Shown here one piece after another: positions 9,444 to 17,559 of a DNA stretch of 64,000 bases. Origin of the DNA: Candidatus Dormiibacterota bacterium (GTDB lineage Bacteria > Vulcanimicrobiota > Vulcanimicrobiia > Vulcanimicrobiales > SCRA01); contig DATLUD010000034.1 of the NCBI GenBank assembly GCA_035533275.1, forward strand, positions 28,067 through 92,066, given 5' to 3'. The notes beneath the pieces were generated by a model. The model saw only the letters and a list, made by a program, of their open reading frames with translations, ran no database searches and was not told the origin of the DNA. The position numbers were made by a program, and so were the translations under genes. Positions within the stretch are counted from its first letter, which is position 1. Each line of letters opens with the position of its first letter.

Positions 9444-10783
9444 TACGGCGTCCCTTTGCCCGTCTTCTTCCAGAGCGCCTCGTCGTACTCGGCCCAGCGG
9501 TCGAAGCCCGACGCCTGCGCCGCCACCTGCGCGCTCCACGCGGCGGCCTGATTCTCCATGGCGCCAAGGGCCTGAGGGTCCGTGATGGCCGCCGCCGCGA
9601 TGGTGGAGACCTGGCCGTAGAGGCGGATGACGTCGTCGTCGCTCGCATGCGGCGAATGCGCCGAGTTGGTCAGCAATACCGCGATCGACTGCGTGGCCGG
9701 GTCCACCCAGATGTCGCAGCCCGTGGAGCCCTCGTGCCCGAAGCCTCCGTAACCGAAGATCTCTCCACGGTTCGACGAGTACGTGGTCGCCTCGTCCCAG
9801 CCCAGGCTGCGCACGTCGCCGATGCGCTGGCTCTGACGACCGAGGTAGTAGGGGCGCAGCATCGCGGCCACCGTCGCGGGGGAAAGGACTCGCGCACCGT
9901 TGAGCTCGCCGCCGTTCAGCAGCATCTGCGCGTAGGCCGCCACGGCGTCGGCCGTCCCGAAGAGACCGGCATGGCCCTCCGCGCCGATGGGGCCGTAGCC
10001 GTCGATCACGAAGCGCCCGCGGATATAGCGATGATCCTTGCCGGGCGCCTCGGGGCTGACGCGGCTGAGCAGATCGGCAGGCGGGTCGAAGAGCAGCGAG
10101 TCGCCCAGGCCCAACGGGTCGGCGATCTCCTTGGCGAAGAACTCCTTGATGGGCATCCCGGAAACCAGCCGAACGATGCGCGCAAGCTCGATGTAGCAGG
10201 TGTTGCAGTACTCGAAGCGCGTGCCGGGGGCGAAATGGAGTGGCATGGCATCGACGATCGCCTCTCCCCGGGCGAGAGGAAGCACCGACTGCTCCTCGTT
10301 GAGCGCGCTCGGAAGGCCGGCGCTGTGCGTGAGCAGCTCCTCGATCGTCACCTGCTCCTTGCCGTGCTGGGCGAAGGCCGGATCGTCATGGGAGACGCGA
10401 TCCCAGAGGCGGATCTTGCCCTGCTCGATCAGCTTCATGATCGCCGTCGCGGTGCCGATGGGCTTGGTCATCGAGGCGAGATCGTAGACGGTGTCGATGG
10501 AGTTCGCCTGCGGCGCCGGATAGAGGGCGCGCTCGCCGAACGCCTTGCGGTAGACCACCTTGCCCTCGCGCGCGATCAGCACCACCGCGCCGGGCATGTC
10601 GCCTTTCTTGATGTCTCTCTCGACGATGGGGGCGATGCGCGCGAGCACGGCGCTCGACATCCCCACCGACTCCGGCGTCGCCGACGGAAGGACCGTGTCG
10701 GCGCGCGCGGGGAGATGCGCGCAAACGAGTGCGAGAACGAGCCATGCCAACGGCAGTCCGCAGCGGCGTGCGCCGCGCCCCAT
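9440..10783 (-). CDS. secreted serine hydrolase (beta-lactamase / PBP fold)
   Basis: Signal peptide ends ...CAHLPARA. SxxK motif in LASMTKPIGTA. 447 aa. Confidence 0.85.
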   Translation of the reverse strand: MGRGARRCGLPLAWLVLALVCAHLPARADTVLPSATPESVGMSSAVLARIAPIVERDIKKGDMPGAVVLIAREGKVVYRKAFGERALYPAPQANSIDTVYDLASMTKPIGTATAIMKLIEQGKIRLWDRVSHDDPAFAQHGKEQVTIEELLTHSAGLPSALNEEQSVLPLARGEAIVDAMPLHFAPGTRFEYCNTCYIELARIVRLVSGMPIKEFFAKEIADPLGLGDSLLFDPPADLLSRVSPEAPGKDHRYIRGRFVIDGYGPIGAEGHAGLFGTADAVAAYAQMLLNGGELNGARVLSPATVAAMLRPYYLGRQSQRIGDVRSLGWDEATTYSSNRGEIFGYGGFGHEGSTGCDIWVDPATQSIAVLLTNSAHSPHASDDDVIRLYGQVSTIAAAAITDPQALGAMENQAAAWSAQVAAQASGFDRWAEYDEALWKKTGKGTPY

Positions 10784-11151
10784 CAGGCGTTCCGTCCTTC
10801 GCTCTCGCCGTCGGTGCCGAGCTCTTGGAGGATATCCGCGAGCGCCTCGTCGATGCCCCGCGCCTTCATGCGGGCGAGCTCATAGAGCTCGGCGAAGATG
10901 GTGCCGGCGTCGAACATGAACTCGTCGACGGTGTGAGGAGTGACCTCTTCGATGACGCGCCCCGTCTCGTTCAGGATATGGACGGCGTAGTACTGCGAGT
11001 TTCGATCATCGACCCGGGAGATCTGGATCGAATGGCGCGCGAACGAGACCCGAAAGGCGTCCTCCGCCGCGGTCTCGGTCCAGGCGAGCTTGCCGGCTCT
11101 GCTGCTGTCCCGCAGTCTGATGACGAGTTGGCCCATTCTGTCCATTGCCAT
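10783..11151 (-). CDS. hypothetical protein
   Basis: Start chosen at MAMDRMGQ. No motif I recognise. Its stop shares one nucleotide with the hydrolase start (TGATG). GC is lower than in neighbouring genes. Confidence 0.5.
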   Translation of the reverse strand: MAMDRMGQLVIRLRDSSRAGKLAWTETAAEDAFRVSFARHSIQISRVDDRNSQYYAVHILNETGRVIEEVTPHTVDEFMFDAGTIFAELYELARMKARGIDEALADILQELGTDGESEGRNA

Positions 11152-11224
11152 CCGATCGGCCTCTGCGTCTGCTCCTCGCGGTCTCAAGGTACCCAATCGC
11201 TCCTCCTCGCGTCCGCCGGAGCGC

Positions 11225-11440
11225 CTATGGCGCAGGGGGAGGAAGCTCGAGCCGATCGACGCGCACGCGGCCCACGGAGAGCTCCCCGACCTCCATCACG
11301 CCGATCCGCGCTCGCCCGATCAAGAGGCGCCCCACCACCAACGCGCCCACGGCGAAGGCGCCCACCGCGAGCGCGCCGCCCGCCAGCGCCCCCGCGGCGA
11401 ACGCCCCAATGGCTCTCGCCCCGCCGGGCCGCTCATCCAT
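11225..11440 (-). CDS. hypothetical Gly/Ala-rich small protein
   Basis: 71 aa with GC3 about 87%. Repetitive GA(F/L)A(V/A)GA segment followed by GRLLIGRARIGVMEVGELSVGRVRVDRLEL. Confidence 0.45.
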   Translation of the reverse strand: MDERPGGARAIGAFAAGALAGGALAVGAFAVGALVVGRLLIGRARIGVMEVGELSVGRVRVDRLELPPPAP

Positions 11441-11461
11441 CGGACCCGCGCTCCACTTCGC

Positions 11462-11908
11462 TCAAAACCGCACGCGGTACGTGCCTACCCGCGGCGGCCG
11501 GCCGGGAAAGACGAACGACGAAAACATCAACGCCGAAGCCGCGACCTGGAGACCCGCGCAGCCGAGCAGAACCGCATGCCGTCGGCTCTCGTCGGCCAAC
11601 AGCAAGGCGAGAGCCACGGAGGCGGCGCCGACCGCAAGGAGCACGCCAAGCGCAGCGACTCCGCCGCCGGCCCACCTCCACCGCGCGTCGCTCAACGCTG
11701 CGTCGCGATCGGGAATCAGGTAGAACGTCAGGACGATCCAGCAGGCGGACGAGCTCAGGAGCATCAGCGCAGCGCTGAGCCGCAGCGAGTTCGCCATCCA
11801 CGTGGATGCAGGATCCCAGGCAAGCAGGAAGAGCAATGCGTTGCACGCTGTAACGGCCGCGATGGGCATGCGCAGCACGGCAAGCTTCTTTCCACTCATT
11901 CGCGCCAT
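11462..11908 (-). CDS. hypothetical membrane protein
   Basis: 148 aa with about 4 hydrophobic segments. First gene of a same-strand run ending in the serine hydrolase. Confidence 0.5.
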   Translation of the reverse strand: MARMSGKKLAVLRMPIAAVTACNALLFLLAWDPASTWMANSLRLSAALMLLSSSACWIVLTFYLIPDRDAALSDARWRWAGGGVAALGVLLAVGAASVALALLLADESRRHAVLLGCAGLQVAASALMFSSFVFPGRPPRVGTYRVRF

Positions 11909-11935
11909 GGAGCCACCCCCTCCGCGCTCGCGACG

Positions 11936-13132
11936 CTAGAACGCGCTGATCCCCGTCAACGCCTGACCGAGGATGAGCGCGTGCACGTCGTGCGTCCCCT
12001 CGTACGTGTAGACCGACTCCAGGTTCGCCATGTGGCGCATGGGGACGTACTCCGCCAAAATGCCGTTCGCTCCCATCATGCGGCGGGCCTTGCGCGCCAC
12101 CTCGGCCGCCATCTCGCAGTTGTTGCGCTTGGCCAGACTGACCTGCTGGGGGCGCATCGTCCCGGCGTCCTTGAGCTTGCCCAGCTGGAACGCCAGCAGC
12201 TGCGCCTTGGTGATCTCCGTGAGCATCTCCGCCAGGCGCTCCTGCTGGATCTGCTTGCCCCCGATGGGGCCGCCGAACATCACGCGCGACTTGCTGTAGT
12301 CGACCGCCTGCTCGAAGCAAGCCATCGCCGCTCCGATCACCCCCCAGGCGATCCCGTAGCGCGCCTGCGTCAGGCACATCAGCGGCGACTTCAAGCCGCC
12401 GCTCTTGGGGAGCATGGCCTCCAGCGGCAGCTCCACGTCCGTGAACGCCAGCTCACTGGTGTCGCTCGCGCGCAGGGAGTGCTTCCCTTTCTGGTCGCGC
12501 GCCGTGAAGCCCGGCGTTCCGCGCTCTACCAGGAAGCCGCGAATCGAGTCCTCGTCGCCGTCGTCGGTCTTGGCCCACACCACGGCCACGTCGGCCCGCG
12601 AGCCGTTGGTGATCCACATCTTGCTGCCGTTGAGCACCCAGCGGTCGCCATGGCGGCGCGCGCGCGTGAGCATCCCCGCGGGATTCGATCCGTAATCCGG
12701 CTCCGTGAGCCCGAAGCACCCGGTCTTCTCAGCCTTGGCCAGCGCCGGGAGCCACCGGCGCTTCTGCTCCTCGCTGCCGAACGCATGGATCGGGTACATC
12801 ACCAGCGCCCCCTGAACGCTGGCAAACGAGCGCAGGCCCGAGTCGCCGCGCTCCAGCTCCTGCATGATCAGCCCGTACGCCACGTTGTCCAGGCCGGCGC
12901 AGCCGTACTCCTCCGGCAGGTTGGCGCCGAAGACGCCCAGCTCGCCGAGCGCGGGCACGAGCTCACCCGGAAAACGGCCGTCGAGCCACGCCTCCTCGAT
13001 GATCGGAAGGACGCGCTGGTCGACGAAGGCGCGCACGGTGTCGCGCACCTGCCGCTGCTCCGTCGTGAGCGAAGCGTCGATGTCGTAGAAGTCGGTACCC
13101 GCGTATGCCATGGCCGCCTGCTTCGACGGCAT
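11936..13132 (-). CDS. gcdH: glutaryl-CoA dehydrogenase-like acyl-CoA dehydrogenase
   Basis: Has CFGLTEPDYGSNPAGM, MWITNGSRADVAVVWAK and a C-terminal YEGTHDVHALILG. Start taken at MPSKQAA (13132); 13111 is an alternative. Confidence 0.85.
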   Translation of the reverse strand: MPSKQAAMAYAGTDFYDIDASLTTEQRQVRDTVRAFVDQRVLPIIEEAWLDGRFPGELVPALGELGVFGANLPEEYGCAGLDNVAYGLIMQELERGDSGLRSFASVQGALVMYPIHAFGSEEQKRRWLPALAKAEKTGCFGLTEPDYGSNPAGMLTRARRHGDRWVLNGSKMWITNGSRADVAVVWAKTDDGDEDSIRGFLVERGTPGFTARDQKGKHSLRASDTSELAFTDVELPLEAMLPKSGGLKSPLMCLTQARYGIAWGVIGAAMACFEQAVDYSKSRVMFGGPIGGKQIQQERLAEMLTEITKAQLLAFQLGKLKDAGTMRPQQVSLAKRNNCEMAAEVARKARRMMGANGILAEYVPMRHMANLESVYTYEGTHDVHALILGQALTGISAF

Positions 13133-13226
13133 GGTGCGCCCCCCTCGCACGACGGGAGCGCGACTTCTCCCGTACGGCGGGGCGATGCCGGCAGGTCAAC
13201 GCCCCTCTGGGCGAGGATGCCACGCC

Positions 13227-14144
13227 ATGCGACTGAGGACATACGAAGCCACGGAAGCCGCCGGCGCCGCGCCGCAACTCGGCATGGAGCGCAACGGCCG
13301 CATCGTTCCCCTGCACGGGGTGAGCGACGTTGCCGCCTTCTTCTCGCTGCCGGCCGAGACGCGGACGCGGCTCGCGCGCGATGCGGAGACCGCGCTCGCC
13401 AAGGACCTGGGTGCGCCGGCGGCAAGCGTGAAGACGCTGCTTCCGGTGCTCGACCCGCGCAAGGTGATCTGCGTGGGGCTGAATTACCGCGACCACGCCG
13501 CCGAACAGAACCTCGAGATCCCCAAGGCGCCGGCGCTCTTCCCGAAGTACGCGTCGTCGCTGGTGGCGCACGGAGAGCCGATCGAGCTGCCCCGCGAGAG
13601 CGCGAAGGTGGACTACGAGGCGGAGCTGGTGCTGGTCATCGGCAGCCGCGCCGACCACGTCTCGCTCGACGACGCGTGGAGCGTGGTCGGCGGCCTCACC
13701 ATCGGCAACGACGTCTCCGTTCGCGACTACCAGGGCGCCACCACGCAGTGGATGAACGGCAAGATCTTCGACCGCACCACGCCCGTGGGCCCCGTGGTCG
13801 TCACGCCGGACGAGTTCCCCGACCCCGCGGACCTCGAGATCTGGCTCGAGATCGGCGGCGAAGTGCTGCAGCGCTCGCGCACCTCGCAGTTCGTCTTCGA
13901 CGTTCCGCAGATGATCGAGTACGTGACGCGCATGACGACGCTCGAGCCCGGCGACCTCATCTTCACGGGAACGCCGGGAGGCGTCGGCTTCCTGCGCAAG
14001 CCCAGGCGCTACCTCCAAGACGGTGAGACGGTCACCGTCTACGTCGAGGGGATCGGCACGCTCGTCAATCCCGTCAAGGCTCCGGAAGGCGGCGCCGCTC
14101 CCGATCTCCTGCCCAAGCCGCGCCGCGAGGAGCGGACTGCCTGA
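13227..14144 (+). CDS. fumarylacetoacetate hydrolase (FAH) family protein
   Basis: Start at MRLRTYEA, after GGCGAGGA. Has KVICVGLNYRDHA, DYEAELVLVIG and GDLIFTGTPGGVG. Confidence 0.85.
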   Translation: MRLRTYEATEAAGAAPQLGMERNGRIVPLHGVSDVAAFFSLPAETRTRLARDAETALAKDLGAPAASVKTLLPVLDPRKVICVGLNYRDHAAEQNLEIPKAPALFPKYASSLVAHGEPIELPRESAKVDYEAELVLVIGSRADHVSLDDAWSVVGGLTIGNDVSVRDYQGATTQWMNGKIFDRTTPVGPVVVTPDEFPDPADLEIWLEIGGEVLQRSRTSQFVFDVPQMIEYVTRMTTLEPGDLIFTGTPGGVGFLRKPRRYLQDGETVTVYVEGIGTLVNPVKAPEGGAAPDLLPKPRREERTA

Positions 14145-14180
14145 GCGTGGAGGGAGCCAAGCGGCTGGGGCATGCCTCTC

Positions 14181-14293
14181 GAGGGGCGCTCCGACATCGG
14201 CCCGTAGGCAGGATGCCGAGAGGGCCGATGCGGCGCGAACAGGAGGCCCACAGGATGTGGGCCGACGAGTGGCCCCGAGGGAGGCGTGCCCCG
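14181..14293 (+). repeat. structured intergenic repeat, copy A (possible ncRNA or REP-like element)
   Basis: Shares identical blocks with 42838-42952: gaggggcgctccgacatcggcccg, cgagagggccgatgcggcgcga, caggag, cgacgag and ggccccga. Hairpin 1 spans 14187-14237 with apical stem GGCA-gga-TGCC. Hairpin 2 is GCCCACA-gga-TGTGGGC at 14246-14262. The strand is nominal. Confidence 0.55.
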
Positions 14294-14306
14294 GCCGTTT
14301 GGCTAC

Positions 14307-15551
14307 TTAGACTCGTGCCGCGGGTCGCTTGAGCACGCCCTGCGCGATGCGCAGGAAGTCGTCCTCGTCGAGCAGGCCCTTGCGCTCGAGGGAGGTGGCC
14401 TTCACCTCTTCGAGGATCGCCATCATCTCGTCGTTGGTCGCCGGCCCGAGGCCGAGCTTGTCGAGCCAGATCAGGACCGAGTCCAGGCCGCTGCCCTTGC
14501 CGAGAACGATCTCCGGGGCCGACTGGCCGACCATCTCCGGCCGGAAGGGAAAGGCCTCGGTGAGGCGCTCCGTGCCGACGTTCTTCACCCATGTGGCGAT
14601 GATGCCCGACTCGACCTGGAAGAGGCGGTCGCCGACGATGCCGCGCTGCGGCGGAACCGCCACGCCCGAGAGGTCGCGCACGAGGTGCGAGAGGCCCGTG
14701 AGCTTGGTGTAATCGATGCCGGTGTCGAGCCCGAACATGGTCTTGAGGGTCATCACCGTGTCTTCGAGCGGGGTGTTGCCCGCCCGCTCGCCGATGCCCG
14801 TGACGGAGACCTGGACGACGCTCACCCCGTTGGCCACGGCCATCACCGTGTTGGCGACGCCGAGGCTGAAGTCCATGTGGAAGTGCGCCTCCATCGGCTT
14901 GTCGGGGATCCGCTCGCGCACCTTGCGGGCCATGTAGGCCGCGGCCGGCGGCGAGAGCACGCCGAAGGTGTCGACGAGCGCGATGGCGTCCATGTGCCCC
15001 TCGCGCGCGATCACCTCGATCATGTCGAGGAACGTGGTGATGTCGGCGCGCGTGGAGTCGATCGGGAAGAACGTGACGTAGAGCCCGTTCTCGTGCGCGA
15101 AGCGGGTCGACTCGATGGTCAGCTCCAGCGCCCGCTTGTACTCCCACTTGTAGGCGTACTCGATGATGTGCTCGCTCGACGGGATCTCCATCACGATCCC
15201 CTCGACGCCGGTGTCGAGCGCGCGCTTCACGTCGTCGACCATGCACCGCGAGAAGGCGAATATCTTGGAGGGCAGGCCAAGCTTCACGATGCGCTTGACG
15301 GCCTCCGTGTCCGACGGAGAGACGGCCGGGAGGCCGGCTTCGATCCGCTGGACGCCGGCCTCCGCCAGGCGCTCCGCGATGCGCACCTTCTCGTCGGCGG
15401 TGAACTCGACGCCGGCCTGCTGCTCGCCGTCGCGCAGCGTGACCTCGTGAACCTCAACCTTGGGGGGCGGCGCAAACGCCTGCGTGACCTCCGGTTGGTA
15501 GTTCCATGGACTGACGAAGTAGTCGTGTGTCTTCCAAGGCTGCTCAGCCAT
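14307..15551 (-). CDS. HMGL-like / DRE-TIM metallolyase (homocitrate / 2-isopropylmalate synthase family)
   Basis: Has VTLRDGEQ near the N-terminus, HFHMDFSLGVANT and GIGERAGNTPLE. 414 aa. Substrate not assignable. Confidence 0.8.
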   Translation of the reverse strand: MAEQPWKTHDYFVSPWNYQPEVTQAFAPPPKVEVHEVTLRDGEQQAGVEFTADEKVRIAERLAEAGVQRIEAGLPAVSPSDTEAVKRIVKLGLPSKIFAFSRCMVDDVKRALDTGVEGIVMEIPSSEHIIEYAYKWEYKRALELTIESTRFAHENGLYVTFFPIDSTRADITTFLDMIEVIAREGHMDAIALVDTFGVLSPPAAAYMARKVRERIPDKPMEAHFHMDFSLGVANTVMAVANGVSVVQVSVTGIGERAGNTPLEDTVMTLKTMFGLDTGIDYTKLTGLSHLVRDLSGVAVPPQRGIVGDRLFQVESGIIATWVKNVGTERLTEAFPFRPEMVGQSAPEIVLGKGSGLDSVLIWLDKLGLGPATNDEMMAILEEVKATSLERKGLLDEDDFLRIAQGVLKRPAARV

Positions 15552-15647
15552 CTCAGTCTCCTGTCAGAAGTGGGGCTTCACCCCAGCCCGATGCCGAAGC
15601 CGCCTCGCTCGCCTCGTTCATATTCTGAGAAAGACAACTGCGAGAGG

Positions 15648-16133
15648 CTATTTGCGCTGGTAAAGGCCGATTAATTCGGCTTGGCCCAGCACATGCCCTC
15701 GCATCGCGGCAACGACTCCCGCGTAGCTCGGCCGCGCCCCGACGCCCAGCCGGTCGACGTCGAGCGCGTAGAGGGTGATGTGGTAGTGGTGCGCCGGGTC
15801 ACCCACCGGCGGACACGGGCCGCCATACCCGGGCGTGCCGAAACTCGTGACGCCCTCGTGCCGCGGCTGCTCTCCGGCGGCCAAGGCGCGGGTCTCGCCC
15901 GCGATGTCGTAGGCGACCCAATGCACCCAGCCTCCCTGCACGTGGGCGTCGGGATCGACGATCGTCAGCACGAACGAGCGCGTGCCGTGAGGAGCGTTGG
16001 CCCAGCGCAGCGGCAGGGAGACGTTCTCTCCTCCGCACGTTCCTCGCGAGTGCGCGTGCGCTCGCGGAATCGCCGCTCCGTCCTGGAACGCGGGACTCGT
16101 CAAGGAGAAGGCCAGCATAGCCATTGCCAACAT
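15648..16133 (-). CDS. YbhB/YbcL-type PEBP family protein
   Basis: Start at MLAMAML (16133). Has FVLTIVDPDAH, WVHWVAYDI and GYGGPCPPVGDPAHHYHITLYALD. Confidence 0.8.
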   Translation of the reverse strand: MLAMAMLAFSLTSPAFQDGAAIPRAHAHSRGTCGGENVSLPLRWANAPHGTRSFVLTIVDPDAHVQGGWVHWVAYDIAGETRALAAGEQPRHEGVTSFGTPGYGGPCPPVGDPAHHYHITLYALDVDRLGVGARPSYAGVVAAMRGHVLGQAELIGLYQRK

Positions 16134-16138
16134 GATGG

Positions 16139-16702
16139 TTAGAGCCCCAGTGACTCCGCGTTCTCCGAGAGCGCCTGAATCAGAAAGGCGATGTGCTCGT
16201 CGAGCGGCACGCCCATCTCCTCCGCCGCTTGGTAGACTTCCTCGCGGTTGACGCTGGCGGCGAAACGCTTGTCTTTGAGTTTCTTCTTGACCGAGTCGAC
16301 GGTCACTTCGCGGACCGTCTTGCCCGGGCGCACGTACGCCACGGCCGTGATGAAACCCGTCAGCTCGTCGCAGGCGAAGAGCGCCTTGGCCAGCGTGGTG
16401 TCGCGCGGCACGTTCAGGTAGGTGGCGTGCCCGCGAATCGCCTTCACCACGTCGGGCGGGTAGCCCAGTTCCTCCAGGCGGCGGCAGCCGAGCTCCGGGT
16501 GCTCCTCGGCGCTCGGATGGATCTCCCAATCGTAGTCGTGGAGCATCCCGGTGATGCCCCATCGCTCCTCGTCGCCTCCGAGCCTGCGTGCGTAGGCGCG
16601 CATCGTGGTCTCCACCGCCAGCGCGTGCTTACGCAGGCCCTCGCTCGCGACGTTGTCGCAAACGAGGGCCCATGCCGCTGCCCGGTCGAGCGTCTCGATC
16701 AC
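16139..16702 (-). CDS. HD-domain phosphohydrolase
   Basis: GTG start at 16702 inside a GTGA overlap with the coxM-like stop. Has H...HD (HALAVETT...GMLHDYDWE). 187 aa. Confidence 0.75.
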   Translation of the reverse strand: MIETLDRAAAWALVCDNVASEGLRKHALAVETTMRAYARRLGGDEERWGITGMLHDYDWEIHPSAEEHPELGCRRLEELGYPPDVVKAIRGHATYLNVPRDTTLAKALFACDELTGFITAVAYVRPGKTVREVTVDSVKKKLKDKRFAASVNREEVYQAAEEMGVPLDEHIAFLIQALSENAESLGL

Positions 16703-17559
16703 CGCGCGCGCTCCGCCGCGGCGACGACGGCCCGCGAGGCGATCACGTCGGCCATCGCGGTCCGGTACTCGGCGCTCGCGTAGACGTCGGCGCGCGCCTC
16801 CACGCCGCGCGCGACCGAGGCGCAGACGGACTCCATCTTCTTGTGGTCGGAGACCGCGATGCCGCCGAGCGCCGGCTCCACGTGCGCGGCACGGAACGCC
16901 TTGCTCCCCACGCCCGTGAGCGCCAGGCGCCCCGACGCGATCGTGCCCCCCGTGACGGAGAGCGCGCACGCCGCCCCGACCACGGGGTAGTGCGAGGCAG
17001 GATGCGGCAGCTTGACGTACGCCGACGCCGGCGACGCCTTGGGCAGGATCACGGAGGTGAGGATCTCGTCGGGCGCCAGCGCCGTGGTGAACATGTCGAC
17101 GAAGAAGTCGCTCGCGCTCACCGTGCGCTTGCCGGCCGGCCCCGCGATCTCGAACTGTGCCTCCAGCGCGAGGAGCGCCGCCGGATAGTCGGCGGCCGCG
17201 TCGGCATGCGCGCAGGATCCGCCGATGGTCCCGCGATGACGGACCTGCACGTCGCCGATGGCGCCCGCCGCGTCCGAGAGCGCCGGGGCGTAGGAGGCGA
17301 CGCCGGCGCTGGCGGCCACGTCGTCGTGCGTGGTCAGCGCGCCGATCTCCAGGCCGCGTGCGGTCTTGGCGACACCGCGCAAGCCGGCGATGCGCCCGAT
17401 GTCGATGAGCATGCCGGGACGCGCCAGGCGCAACTTCATCATCGGGATGAGGGAGTGGCCGCCGGCGAGGAGCTTGGCGTCATCACCGTGCTGCCGGAGC
17501 AGCGCGATCGCCTGGTCCACCGAATCGGCAGCCGCGTAGTCGAAGCTGGCTGGTATCAC
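16699..17559 (-). CDS. FAD-binding medium subunit of xanthine dehydrogenase / CODH family (CoxM-like)
   Basis: GTG start (VIPASFDY) inside a GTGA overlap with the large-subunit stop. Has LLAGGHSLIPMMKLR. 286 aa. Confidence 0.85.
   Translation of the reverse strand: MIPASFDYAAADSVDQAIALLRQHGDDAKLLAGGHSLIPMMKLRLARPGMLIDIGRIAGLRGVAKTARGLEIGALTTHDDVAASAGVASYAPALSDAAGAIGDVQVRHRGTIGGSCAHADAAADYPAALLALEAQFEIAGPAGKRTVSASDFFVDMFTTALAPDEILTSVILPKASPASAYVKLPHPASHYPVVGAACALSVTGGTIASGRLALTGVGSKAFRAAHVEPALGGIAVSDHKKMESVCASVARGVEARADVYASAEYRTAMADVIASRAVVAAAERAR

Noticed and set aside
11090-14026. 978-aa plus-strand ORF. The same reasoning applies to other Arg/Pro-rich ORFs such as 8915..10885, 29935..32091, 52432..53493 and 57824..59203.
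   Set aside because: They overlap confidently assigned genes on the opposite strand or in another frame, and their translations are low-complexity Arg/Pro/Gly/Ala.
14147-14332. Small ORFs inside the two repeat copies (14147..14332 and 14039..14251 in copy A; 42721..42909 and part of 42786..43193 in copy B) as conserved micro-proteins
   Set aside because: The conserved nucleotide blocks are read in different frames in the two copies, because the variable loops differ by 1 nt in length. The candidate plus-strand ATGs (14255 and 42910) also put the shared cgacgag block in different frames.
15571-15585. TGGGG-cttca-CCCCA hairpin between the PEBP gene and the HMGL-like gene
   Set aside because: The stem is only 5 bp with no U-tract, which is too weak to call as a terminator on sequence alone.
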